Made by a program: the position numbers and the translations under genes. From Marsupella aquatica (lineage: Eukaryota > Plantae > Marchantiophyta), in contig OZ316897.1 in NCBI GenBank assembly GCA_973895155.1, forward strand, positions 22,295,455-22,359,454: a stretch of 64,000 nucleotides of DNA, in the 5' to 3' direction. Within the stretch, counting starts at the first letter, position 1. Each line of letters starts with the position of its first letter. This document shows, piece by piece, positions 52,379-64,000 of the stretch. The notes under the pieces are model-generated. The model made no database searches and was not told the origin of the DNA. It saw only the letters and a program-made list of their open reading frames with translations.

Positions 52379-53729
52379 GTGAGTGCCTCCGTGCTTAGCT
52401 TGCAGCCCTGGCAGAAAGCCAGCGGAGGAAAAAGTACACCTGGTTAACAGTAAACAGTGCACACCGTAGCGAGGACGAAGGAATGCACCAACGTTTCCAA
52501 CTATAATATATAAATGCCATGGATGGGGGGACTAGAGATAGCAGCAGGGAAAGCAGAGTGCCCGTAGTCCGAGAGAAGACATCGGGTAATGACGCTGACA
52601 TGAAGCTTGGAGCTCCCCTGCCCAATAGAAGTCCGTCCGAGATGGGCAGTGGGAAGTTGAGTGGCTTTACTATTCAAGGCCACGGTCGTGGTGGCCACCA
52701 GATTGACAAACCCACAGTTTATCTACCAGTGGATTGCCTAAAACACCTACACTCGACGTTACAGGTGTGGTTTATCACAGCTAATTGATTGTCCAATGAA
52801 TTGCCTCGTGGCTTATTATCACCGTCACCCCCAGCAACGCTTGGGAGTAATTGAGAAGCTTGCCTGAACTGAGCTGCGAGGATGTGCTCGTCAAGACGTT
52901 CCGAGTGACTGATCTGGCTCTTTGGACCCTGTCAGTTAAGGCTGGTTCGAGATCTGATGTACAGTGTGCGCAACTGAAAGGCGGCCCGGACTGAACTACG
53001 AAGATTCGATTGAAACAAACCTCCAACAAATAAGCCCACGAGTGAATGGGGGTGTCTTTTCGAATGCGCTGGCTCGAGATTTACTGAGAGCGGTGTTGAA
53101 GAGAGATTGAAGATAATAACCATACCACCCATGGAAAGGGAATGCACACCTTCAGCCCCTAATTCGAGTCAAGGAGCTACTTTGCGGTTAGCGACCAAAT
53201 AGGTCTGTTGCCCTTCACCTGAGTTAGCACATGTTCAGACTCCCTTCTGGAGAGTGTAAGTTTGAATTACAAGTGGGACACTCATGATTGCAATAGCACT
53301 TCTTCTGTCAAGTCGGTAAAAACTCTGAGAACTTGAATTTTCCTCATTTTGAAAAGCACAAGTTCAAGATAATCTTCGATGTAGCACGTGCTCACGGTGA
53401 ACTGATAATGGAGGAAAGGCGTGAAATAAGTGACCTGTCAGTATGCTCACCACCTCAATCTGGACGACCTGCAGTTTGGTGTTCCCTTTTTCATCCACTA
53501 CGAGCACCTGCCAGCCTAACCCGGTCCTCTCCAAGCAAAGGGGCAGTCCTCGAGGCCACAAGCATCAGTAATATTCTAAGACCCTTTGCAGTCTAATGAG
53601 TGGTACACGACTCTAGGACGAAATGTTGCCTCCTTGCAATGATGATACAAATGGCACAAATTCGCTAGAATTAGAGCAGCACTCAGTCCGTCACACGACA
53701 AGTATCTAAGCGTGGTACCAATAATCTCG

Positions 53730-56700
53730 TCATCTCGCATCCTGGTCCTCGTCCTCCGAATCAGAAGCAAAAGTGTCAGCACTTTTGCTGGTAGCCATTA
53801 TTTCCTTTGTTTTCGTGGAACTGCGGGTGCCAACAGAAGTTGGCCGAATCAACGTCCATGCCCTTTGTCTTTCAACTCTAGGACCAGTCTCAACTTTGGC
53901 ACTACCTTGCAGCTGTACAGACAGAACGATCAAATCTCATCTTAGCAAACCGCCTTATATCTCTAAAGGTATCTAGAGATGGTCCTTAGATTTCTGATTG
54001 CGAAGAACCATCCCTAGCCAAGACACCTTGGCAATTGGAAACCAGACCAAAAGGAACTTCCTTGGTGCACTTGTAGAAACTAGACCTGCAGAGCCGACGG
54101 TCTCGCTATAAAACTTACCAATGTCACCATGCGCTCGAGTAGCTCCCTGCCCTTCGGTTCCAAATCATCATTTCCATGGGGAATAACTGCCAGCTGCAAA
54201 GTCCATGTACATGTAAATGGACCAAAAATGTAGATTTAGGAATCTTAGATATGTGAGAGACATCCTAGTTGGTCACCTACACCATGTGGGAAAGAGTCTT
54301 TCGCAACACCTTCACACATGATCGAAGTACGTAAGCTGCGACTAGGCTTCAAATCCACAGCACGTTCACCACAAGTGGCAGAGGTCGATTTTCTTCGAGT
54401 CAACATTGCTAGAATTAACAGAGTCTATGAAAGTTAAACGACTTCTCTCTCGAATAAAGACTACGGTTGCACACAAGTACAATTAAGAACGGATGCCCAA
54501 ACGAACTACTTTGCCTCAGAATCAAACTGCGTACTATTCTGATCATGGATCAAGAAGAGCATCCATTAAAACACTTGACCACAATTGAATGATTAGGTCA
54601 AAACGCGAATTAGAATTCGGCTTGGTAGATCCCAGAACATTCCTATTGAAGTCCTAGCAATATGTCACTGGCACTTTGTCTACAAATAATCTATGTGATG
54701 AAAATGAACGTTCTCCAAGGAGTAGCAGATTTGCAATGAAAGTGCATCCTACCTTGACACGGTGTCCTCTGGTAAGTAGCCTCAGCGCCATCTGGGCCTT
54801 GAGCTCCAGATCCTTCGGCTCCTATAAACATTTAAGTATCAGAGAAGTCCTTGAGGAGCTTCAATCTTAACATCCAAATTACTCAATCGATTGCCCTGAT
54901 TGAGGAAAAAACAACAGTCTCGGGGATTGCAACGCCTCTTTCGATGTGCTCTAAGGTCATTCAATGAAATGACAAATTGTCATAATGCAATTATGATCAT
55001 CGTGATCGGTCTTCTACAATTCTATGATCATTGCGTGTCATGTCATGCATCAAGTGAATATTGTTTCCTTACTGTTCTTGTACTAAATCGAACTTCCTTC
55101 AGATCATCCAGCCGCCGCCTCTCAGACTGTAAACCACCAAAACAACACGTTACAACCACGTTGCCATCCCCTGGCCTTTTACAAACATCATGCAGGGGAA
55201 ACAATTCAAGTATCTTCACCTACAAAGAAATTCCGTAGGGGCTTTGAGGATCCATAAACCTCACTGGTAAAGACTACGGTAGCATATCGATCTTTTGACA
55301 TAAATAATTGTGGTCCACACCAGGCAAGCAAATCCTCTGACGCGCATTTGAGACTAGGTAGATGCTACACAGATTTCTGAATCAAAAGGCTCCATTGTTA
55401 GAGTGAAATTTCATAATTGGCCTCCACGGAAACCATACAAAAAACATACCTGCTTTTTTTTGTGTTCTTTCTCACGTTGCCTATCTTTAAATCTTTCCTT
55501 GTTGAAATCCAGCAGCTTACAAACGGGGGGGTCTTGTTTGCCGTCAACCTACACAGCACATTCCAATGAAAGATGAAGTTTCGTTCTAGAACCAGCTCAG
55601 AGAAACTTGGATGAGGAGTCACATTATCATGGGAAGCATGCTGGTGAAGATTCCGTACAAGACGAGAAGGAAGCATAAGCTTGATCGACAATCTACCTCG
55701 ACGAGATCCAAATCCATGTTCTCCGCATGTCTTAGAGCCTCCGCTCGAGTGAGAATTTGGTGCCCTGCGGCAACATCATTAAACATTCTTTCAACTCTCC
55801 GACCCCAGAGTTTAACACTAGTGATTAGAATATTTTATCTCGACAGTACAGCTACCAAACCTTCAAATAACCTCACTTGGATACGTACACCGATACATGT
55901 CCACCTCGACCTACTTCAAAGTACCGCTGAACTAAACTCTATGCTTGTAAATGAGCTTATTTGATACTGTATCTCGTGGCACGTCTAAGCTGTCTGTTGA
56001 GCTGATTTCAGTTGAGATGAGTTTTCCAACATGAGAATCCACTCGACTTCGGTGTAGGAGAGTGACATGAGCAGTCAATCTCAATGTCAAAGGTCAGTCG
56101 ACAAGAAGAAATGAATCCGAACTGACCTTCTCTCGTAATGAGGCGAATAGTCCTTGATACGATTGCCCTGTTGATTCTTCGTTCAGGCTTGTCAGGCTCT
56201 GGAGGAGCCTCAGGGTCAGGCCTCTGCTGCCGTGCAGGATTCTGCAAGGATTTCCCAGTTCTGCTCTGCGAAAATTCCCGAAGATTAGGAAAGTGAAGTT
56301 GAAAAAATTTACAACAGGCAGAGCAAAACAAAATTTGCAGTACAAATAGGCGCAGTAATTAACTGTAGCAGCTGCCAATCCCAAGTTTGATTGACCAAAC
56401 CTTGTTGACAGACTGCTTTAGCAGCGTACAGTAATATTTTACTATCAAGTAGACTTTAATCCATAGAGCAGACAGCAATTTCTGAGCGGAAAACACCCTT
56501 ATGGGTCTGAAAAACCATTATGATACTTTCGTCTCAAGGATGCAGAAGTCCACACCACGGTGTGGTTCATGCGAATAGCATTTGTGCACGATTCGACAAT
56601 GTGTACTATTCCTTACGCACATTCCAGTTTAGCCCACGACATCAATCCCATATACTGAAGAGCACAGTCTTTCTGCATCTTAATCTGGTTTCAAACATGA

Positions 56701-57165
56701 TAAAGACAACCAGAGGGCTAGCACCGATGTACGGCCAGAAAGAGTAAGACACATAAACACGAACTTCGAGAGAAAGAAAAGCCGGGAGAGCACGAAGAAG
56801 CGGTGAGAGGGGACAGGGGACAGGACAATGCGCAGGAGATTGCGGTGGGAAAGAGAACATACGAGCGGAGCAGCGAAATGACGAACGTAGATGACCGGCA
56901 TCACGCCGATCGTCCGACAATGGTGCTCCGGCACGAAGAATGCATTCGGCCAATCCACCATAGTCGTGCCGCCCCTCGCCATCCATAGCAGGCGTTGCCG
57001 AGGCCACCGATCGTCGAGAACAGTGACGCTCTGAGGCGAAATCTTCGCCGTGCATTGCTGCTCTTCGCAAACCTCGTGCTTCCTCCGATGCCATCTGGTC
57101 TCTCCTCCGTTCCACTCCCTCCGAGCAATCGTCCTCATCCACCTCCTCCATGTTTCCCGATGCAT
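53730..57165 (-). CDS. IF3: Organellar (likely mitochondrial) translation initiation factor IF-3, 8 exons, 329 aa
   Basis: Exons 57165-56863, 56265-56127, 55764-55697, 55548-55450, 55126-55073, 54821-54753, 54193-54119, 53912-53730; all GT-AG and in frame. IF3-N: RINRAIVSRTIRLITREGHQILTRAEALRHAENMDLDLVEVDGKQDPPVCKLLDF. IF3-C: LKEVRFSTRTEPKDLELKAQMALRLLTRGHRVKL...GPRVERQRAWTLIRP. Arg-rich N-terminal extension ending RHFAAP. Confidence 0.93.
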
Positions 57166-57376
57166 CTCATGTGCTCCTTCTCGATTACGTCCGACCTAAC
57201 GACACAGCCACACAGGAGACAGACCTCACAACTCCCAATCACATTCACATTCACATTCGCAATGTGTGATAAATCACAAGCGGAGCGTTTCCAGAAATTT
57301 GGTGGACCGGCTGTCAACGGTACCCTAGTACCTTCCCCCTCACTGCGTTAAACGTGAGGGCCAAATAGGGCCTGAG

Positions 57377-57713
57377 GGCCAGGTTCCATGGGGCTGGGAG
57401 TGAGGAGTGCACATGTATGTAGCATGTTTGAGCCAATAAAGGGCAGGGAGTAGGATCACTCCCTCCTACACCCTTTGGGGCCCAAATACTCTGTATACCA
57501 AGGTGTACACAATACTTTTAATATAAAAATTTTGACTTTGAAACCAATCAGAAGGCAACGTATTGTCACTATACAGGGAGTGTGAGGGAAGATCATACTC
57601 CCTACTACCTTATTTGTACACTCCTCACTCCCTGGAAAAGTTATGACCTTATTGGCTCAAACATGCTTGCACACATGTGAACTTCTTCACTCCCAGCCCC
57701 ATGGAACCTAGCC
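57377..57713. mobile_element. MITE (Tourist/PIF-like) with ~60 bp TIRs, followed by a partial second copy to ~57930
   Basis: AGGTTCCATGGGGCTGGGAGTGA...GCATGTTTGAGCCAATAA (57381-57438) is inverted at 57649-57709. Ends GGCC / AGCC; flanks GAG and TAG (imperfect 3-bp TSD). Confidence 0.8.
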
Positions 57714-59099
57714 TAGGTTCTATGGGCCAGGCACAGGGAGTACTATCACTCCCTTGACACCACCTGCTACCCAAATATGGCCCAAATATTGTATATATAT
57801 TTTAAATATATGAGTTTTGACTTAGAACCAATGAGAATGCACTACACTCTTACTATTAAGCCGTAGGGGTACCATGGTGTTTAAGAGAGAATGTGAGGGA
57901 AAATCATACTCTTGACTACAATATTTGTGCACACCTTATATAAGGGTTGTGTGGGTTGTGTTCCATTCGCCACCCCTTTCAAGCCTACCCCTTTTTTGTG
58001 CCCCACTCCAAGATTGTTGGAGTGAATCATGGGCATTTGCGGTTTTGGGGGTCACCTTCCAATAAGTGCTGCAACCGGAAGGCAGCCTGAGCCGTCCGGT
58101 TTGCAATTATCATTTGCTCAGACCGATATGGGCAGTTACTTCAAGAATATCACCTGCACTAGCCGGTGTCTCTTTGGCTGCAATCAACCTTTTTGTTCTT
58201 CGTCAACTTGCGCCCATGAGTTCTATTTTCTTGTGGCGCCCATGAGATCTCTTGACACAGAATCAAGCATGACGGGAACTTTGATATAATGGAGTTTCAG
58301 TTGCAAGCTGCATCAATGTATTTTGATTATAGTTACAAGTTGGAATCATTACTCTCACCAGGTGACTTTGCTGCAGTTTTTTGGATGGGACCTGTCAATG
58401 CGATTGATTTTGCTAGGGCTGTTGCTTGGGATATAATTGGGTTTTATAGTCCACGGTGAATGAACTTACAAGAAGCAATTGTTGACAGTGTTTTGCAAAC
58501 ACTACAACACCAGTCCAATTATAGATTTGGAGCAGACTCTACGACTCCAGTCCAATAATAGATTTGGAAAGACTTTGGAATTTGACCTCATTTTTTATCC
58601 TCATTTCTTAATCTGCATTGATTTATAGAACAATGGCCGCATCTCCCGCAAACTCAACAACCTCCCAGGCCATCAAGAGTGAATTTTCTTCATCAATGTT
58701 GAGGATCAGCAGTACACCTCTGACTGACTTTGTTACACCACCAGCAACCGAATGGGAGAGACCAATTTCAAGAAAATTTACTACTACCAGAAGAGGCCTC
58801 TCAGGCTAGCTTAGCTGTTTCAAGATGGAGTCTGAAGATAGGAAACTTTCCGAGCTCCCTCCGCAATATGATAAATGGGTGTTGGGTACCTGGTAGGCAA
58901 GTTTTGTGCAAGTTTATATAAGCAAGTATTGGCTTTTATAAGCAAGTTTTGTGGTGAAATCGTAGCCACAAGAAAATGTATGCACAAGTGACACACTCAG
59001 CGTTATTTAGGACGAATGCTTTGTCCACAAGGTTCAGTTGTAAATTGAAAAGCTCACTTGGAGAAAGTGAACATTACCTCAGTCTATCCAAATACAATG

Positions 59100-59605
59100 A
59101 ATCCTCCTGCTCTAAAATATATAAAACGAGGATCATCCTGTACAAAAATTTGCTACCATGAGTTGTTATGCCTACACTCTAGCCCAGACTGATAGTTTTC
59201 TGTCCCGGATCCACTGATGGGTACCTTGCTGGTCCCTTGATCACTAGCTAGTCTGGAGTTTCGAGCCACTCCTCCTGCAGTAGCTAAATCTTTGGTATAG
59301 CTTTCCTTATGCGTCTAGCTTCTTTCTTGGTTCAATCTGGCCTTGCTGGGTTTTTGGGCTTTATGACCATTTTGATCCTCTCAAGTGCCGACCCCCTTTC
59401 TGCCCCCCCCCCCCCCGCCCTCCCCCTTGTTATATGCTGGCTTTTCAAATGAAACTCATTTGGTTTTTTCAAGGCAAAAACAAACCAGGCATAAAAATTG
59501 CCACTAACTTTGGCAAAACTTTGCTAGATTGTTCGTATCCAATTAGCCAGTTTCCCATCTCATAGACCCCATTCGCCTGAATCTAAGGGTCCTCTTTAGA
59601 TCTAG
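59100..59605. mobile_element. Degenerate dispersed repeat (TE remnant), copy 2
   Basis: Colinear similarity to ~13150-13650. Confidence 0.45.
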
Positions 59606-62295
59606 TTACAGAGATTACAAAAGTAAGGAATATTCCTGGTATCTTGTCCTTCACATAGGACATTCACCTCACTAGCTTAAAATCAAAAGCTTTTTAAAAT
59701 AAGCTGGTCTCAAAGTTTTATAGTTAAGGATGATGGTTTTTTTATCATAAACAAATGGCTGTAGCTTCTTTTGCAAATTATATAAAAGTTTATTTGTTTT
59801 TGTATTACTAGACCCTACAATGACTTATGGTCATGGCATAGGGCTGATTTTTATGGAAAAAATTATGGATAATGAATTTGGTTGGTAGTCCATGGTTTTC
59901 CTGTCCATAACTTTGATTTCTAAGTTAAGGTCCATCAAATTTTGACATTTAAGACCCTCTAGTAATGTTGGTCATGGATGAGACTTGAAAGGGAAGAAGC
60001 CTGCATACCAACAAATGAACCTTCCCTATACTGATGGTTTCTCTGAAACTGGTTTTTTGCAACTTTGAAGCAAGTTTCACCAAAATTTCTAGAAACTTCT
60101 AGAAGTGCACTAGCCATGAACGCGCAACTTCTATGCATAAGTGTTTGGATTCAATGCCCCCTTTGACAGTTTCACCTCGAGTTTCACCCAAGCTTTCTAG
60201 AAACTTTTGCCCCCTTTGTCAGTTTCATTAAAAGCTCCCAGAAACTTTGGGAAATGTACTACCGTAGCCATAAACTTACAACCTTGAGTTGAAACCCAAT
60301 GACCCCTTTGTCATTGTACAGTAGTTCTAAGCCTTGCATCGTAACTCATGACTGGACTTTGGTTAATTAATGGTTAATTAAACAAGGTTAAATTTTAAAA
60401 AGCAATCAAAACTTTTTAAGGGAGTGATTTTTGTCCATAGAAGCATCCGTGCCTCTCTAATCATTGATATGAAAATTTGTGTTGCCCTATCTTTTTTGTT
60501 GTGTGCCTTTTGACACAATTTTTGACGAGTCATCTCTAGTAAGGTGCATGACACATGAGTTGAATGTTGGAAGAGATTTGCTTACTCATCAAGGAGACTG
60601 GCTGACTCCCAACTGTACATTTCACTACACTCCTACAATAGAGTTAATTTATTGACCTACTTTTCAGTCAGGATACCCCAAACCAAAGTTGGTTGGTAAT
60701 CAACACCCAAACTAAACTGAAATACTGTTATTTTCTTGCACAAATTTGAATCACTCTTGAAATAGGCCTCCTAACACTAACTCGGTATTAACAGTAATTG
60801 CAAGTGATTCAGTTGGTGTTAACAGCAAGGTTAACAGTAACATTATCAGCACTCTATTGGTGCTAGTCACATGGAAATTAGCTCACATTATTTGTGGTGT
60901 GATTATTGATACCAAAACTGTTGCATGATCCATGAATCTTGTTGTCAAATGTAGTCACACTATTTGGGTGTGGCAAAAGTTATGGAACACAAGTATTCTT
61001 GGACAATATCATAGGCAGAGAATACATTCTATCAAGACATAAATTAAACCATTGGATTCACATTCATTCATAAAATTTCTACTCTGTTTTCACAGGTATC
61101 ATTGATGCTAGTGTTATGTTAGTATATTCCAGAATTAGTGTTCTTTGAGCTCCAAGCTCTTCTACTCACATATTACTGTTACACTTTTTTTTTTGGCTTT
61201 TTTTTTTAAGGAAGGCTTACAGTGTCACACTATTTCCATCTTACTTATAAAGCGCCAACTACAAGCTAGAGTTGGGGTCTAGGCTTCTAGAGTGAAGCCT
61301 CTAGACCGTAACTCCATGGTCCATCATGTGGATGGGAAAGCTTATGACTATGATTTATGTCAAATGAGAATCATGCAATCATGCTTTTTGTCATGATTTT
61401 TATTTGTATTAAAACATGAGCTCTATGGCCCCACCATAATATGTGCATAGAAAGAGGGGTGTGCATAAAAAGGCAAGACTATGATATGTTATGTATGATT
61501 CGGGGTATGATTATTAAAATGATGGCATGTATGATGGTTGTTTTATCATTTCCTTTAACTTCAAAAAATGTGAATAAGAAATATATTTTGGTGACATTTT
61601 TATTGTCCTCCCTGGCTATTCACGTTCAAAGAACGGGTAGTTGGGGGTAGTAATAACAATAGAGCAGGCGTGGGTTGGCTGGGCAATCTGGGGGTGAAGG
61701 TCTACAAGTGCAGGCAAACAGTCTACAAGCGTGGGATGGCAAGGGCAAAGGTCTACAAGTGCAAGCAAGCGGTCTGCAAGTGTGGACGAATGGTCTTCGC
61801 GTGCAAGTGCATTTAGGGTAGGGGCGACTGCTGCTGTGGTTTTAATGGAGGTTTCCTGGGATAGATTGTACCTCACCAAATGGCACTGGAGCAATCATAG
61901 GAGACCTCGGATTAGCTACAGTAACAAATAGTTATCCCCATATACAAAATGGAGGACAGTCCACGTGACAATTAAAATAGTTTAGGGGACATATTACACA
62001 TTTCAATCAGTTTGGGGGACAGGTTATCAAAAGATAGTTTTTTATAATATATAGGCACAATCAAGGTGAGTTATGGGAGTGAGTTGCTGTTTGAGTAGTC
62101 AATAGACGGGGTGGGCTGTATCTTCAATCGTCTGCTAATTTACTCAGAGATAAAGCACAGGGCGAAAGAACCAATCAATCCTCAAAACTGATCTCACCCT
62201 GTATATAAGAGGAGATTAACAGAGATTTACTATACTACAAGAGACTCTTCTTTGTTGAAATTCTTAGTTGCCACTCTCTTTGCATTTACTAACTT

Positions 62296-62632
62296 GGGTA
62301 AGCAAAGTAATTCAAGTTATGTTCAAACAATCCCAATGGTCAACATCCAGCCAGGTTTCACCATTAGATGGTCGTCCACATCCTCTACTCTAACCACAAC
62401 ATGCTAACCCTCCACATTGGGTTGGGTCTCTCAATTTTCTCCTGCCCAACTCACTCTGCCCTCAACTCTGACCCTTCCTAGTTGGCTGCCCCAGCTCCCA
62501 TCTCCCTTTGTTGAGGGTGGGCCAAGGGATTAGGGTTAAGTTAACGACTATGACAACTGTCTGATAATGGACTCTGGCTGGATGTTGACTGTTGGATTAT
62601 TCTAAACTAACTAGAGTTATTGTGCTTAATCA
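62296..62632. mobile_element. Foldback/MITE-like element
   Basis: Perfect 16-bp inverted pair GTCAACATCCAGCCAG (62339-62354) / CTGGCTGGATGTTGAC (62574-62589) inside longer imperfect arms. Confidence 0.6.
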
Positions 62633-63844
62633 GCAAAAAGGTGGCAATGTTCATAATTTGACAAAAAAGAGTGTCAATGAAGTAAATCTCATATACAAAG
62701 TATAGAAGTCTATGCAGGAGTCTATGGCACAAATGGCTTCTTTGGCAGCACTTAAAGTAGATTTTCACTCATTCAATACAGTCAACTGTAGAAATTTGAA
62801 CTTAATCCTCAGTTATAATGTAGGGGAACCTCTTTTCTTAGGTAGAGAGAATTATTTTAGATACTTGGCAAAGTTAGAAAGGCAGTTGCTCAGTTAAATT
62901 TATCCGTACATGCGGAAACAAATAATTATTGAGAATTGAAATTACATAGTAAGCAAGCAACTCCATGGCCACTGCCATCCTTACCATCTCGGATGACCCC
63001 ATTTTCCTTTCTTTTGCTTCCTTTTCCATCTCCCTTTGGGATTTGACGGGTGACCCGGGTTTCTTATCCTACTGCCTTCCTTGGACTCTTTCCTCCTTTT
63101 TTGTTTGTACTTTGCTTTGGTTTTTTTCTATGTAAAATTGTGTGATTTTGACCTTCTTAGAAGTGTTAATGCTGGGGAACTACACAAAGAGGATGAAAAG
63201 TTTATCAAATCTATATTAATCCTTTTCCGTCCCTCATGTACAAACTAGTTTGAATGCCTGTCCTTCAGTTTGCTCACAGACAAGTCCCTCACGTTGCTCA
63301 CAAGGTCCCACCCCCAAATTGCACTTTGCTCCCAAAGACATGGCTTCAGCCTGTTGTTGGACGTAAACCATAGCTTTTGTTTCTGCTTTATTACTTAGAT
63401 GAGGGTTTTTGTAAGAACCTTCTGGGATTTTGTAGAAGGGTAGCCGTTGGGCCTTCTTTGTCCCTTATATGCAAGCTTTTCTGGTGCTAATAAGTCATTC
63501 TCATCTCAAAATTAACAAGGTCTATTGTAGGTGTGTGGAGTATAGTTTTTGCCCAGAATGAAAATAAAGACTACTACTGTAGGCTGGCAACTTGGTGCAG
63601 TATGGTCTTATTTTTGTCTTAGCTTCATCAACTCCAAAAAATATATATGCACTTTATGTGTAGTGGGGGCACGTCCAATTGCCCGCATTGGAGGAAAAAG
63701 CTTGGGTAAACAACGCCATTTAGGCAACAATCAACCCCTGAATTGGACTTGATCGCAGCCTCAATCATTGGAGCAGGTATGGATTCCCTTATCACAAGAG
63801 ATATTTTCCTGGAAAACTATGTTTATCCTTTACTATGTTGATCC

Positions 63845-64000
63845 TTTACAACTTTTAAGTACTTTGCCATTAAAGATGTTCTAATTGAAAATAATGCCAT
63901 GTTTTTTTCTGTATTTATTAAAATGCCACTATGTTGTATATGGATGACAAGTTCATCAAGGTAACCAGGGGAACTATACACACAAATTGTGACATTTTTG
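63845..64000. mobile_element. Second copy of the 2975-3212 MITE family, cut by the window edge
   Basis: Colinear match to ~2980-3135 (ACAACTTTTAA...CTTTG.CA.TAAAGAT...ATGACAAGTT..CAAGGTAACCAG). Confidence 0.65.

Noticed and set aside
56642-57151. 169-aa ORF MEEVDEDD... as a separate gene
   Set aside because: Alternative frame over IF3 exon 1; only the MHRETW...RHFAAPL frame splices in phase to the IF3 domain.
1-64000. Functional gene cluster linking GLP, LNK, ATG1, SNM1, RLK and IF3
   Set aside because: Unrelated functions, mixed orientation and TE-rich spacers; this looks like ordinary plant gene order.

Overview
Eukaryotic land-plant nuclear DNA with spliceosomal GT-AG introns, most consistent with a non-seed plant such as a bryophyte/liverwort (inferred from the Cys-less germin-like proteins; not proven). 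Seven well-supported genes were reconstructed by hand from splice sites and reading frame: two tandem germin-like protein genes (-), an LNK-like clock co-activator (-), a 13-exon ATG1 autophagy kinase (+), an SNM1B/Apollo-like beta-CASP nuclease with an intronless CDS (+), a SPARK-ectodomain RKF3-type receptor-like kinase (-), and an 8-exon organellar (probably mitochondrial) translation initiation factor IF3 (-) that appears only as fragments in the ORF track. Intergenic DNA holds a solo LTR with a 5-bp TSD, several MITE-like elements, a dispersed repeat, micro/minisatellites and a possible orphan spliced locus at about 51-53 kb. I found no prokaryote-type system (no CRISPR/cas, rRNA or tRNA) and no clearly new multi-gene system. 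The best leads are a ~19-unit palindrome/hairpin array upstream of ATG1, a putative RxLL-cleaved prodomain on the receptor kinase, a long C-terminal extension on LNK, and the Cys-less germin pair.
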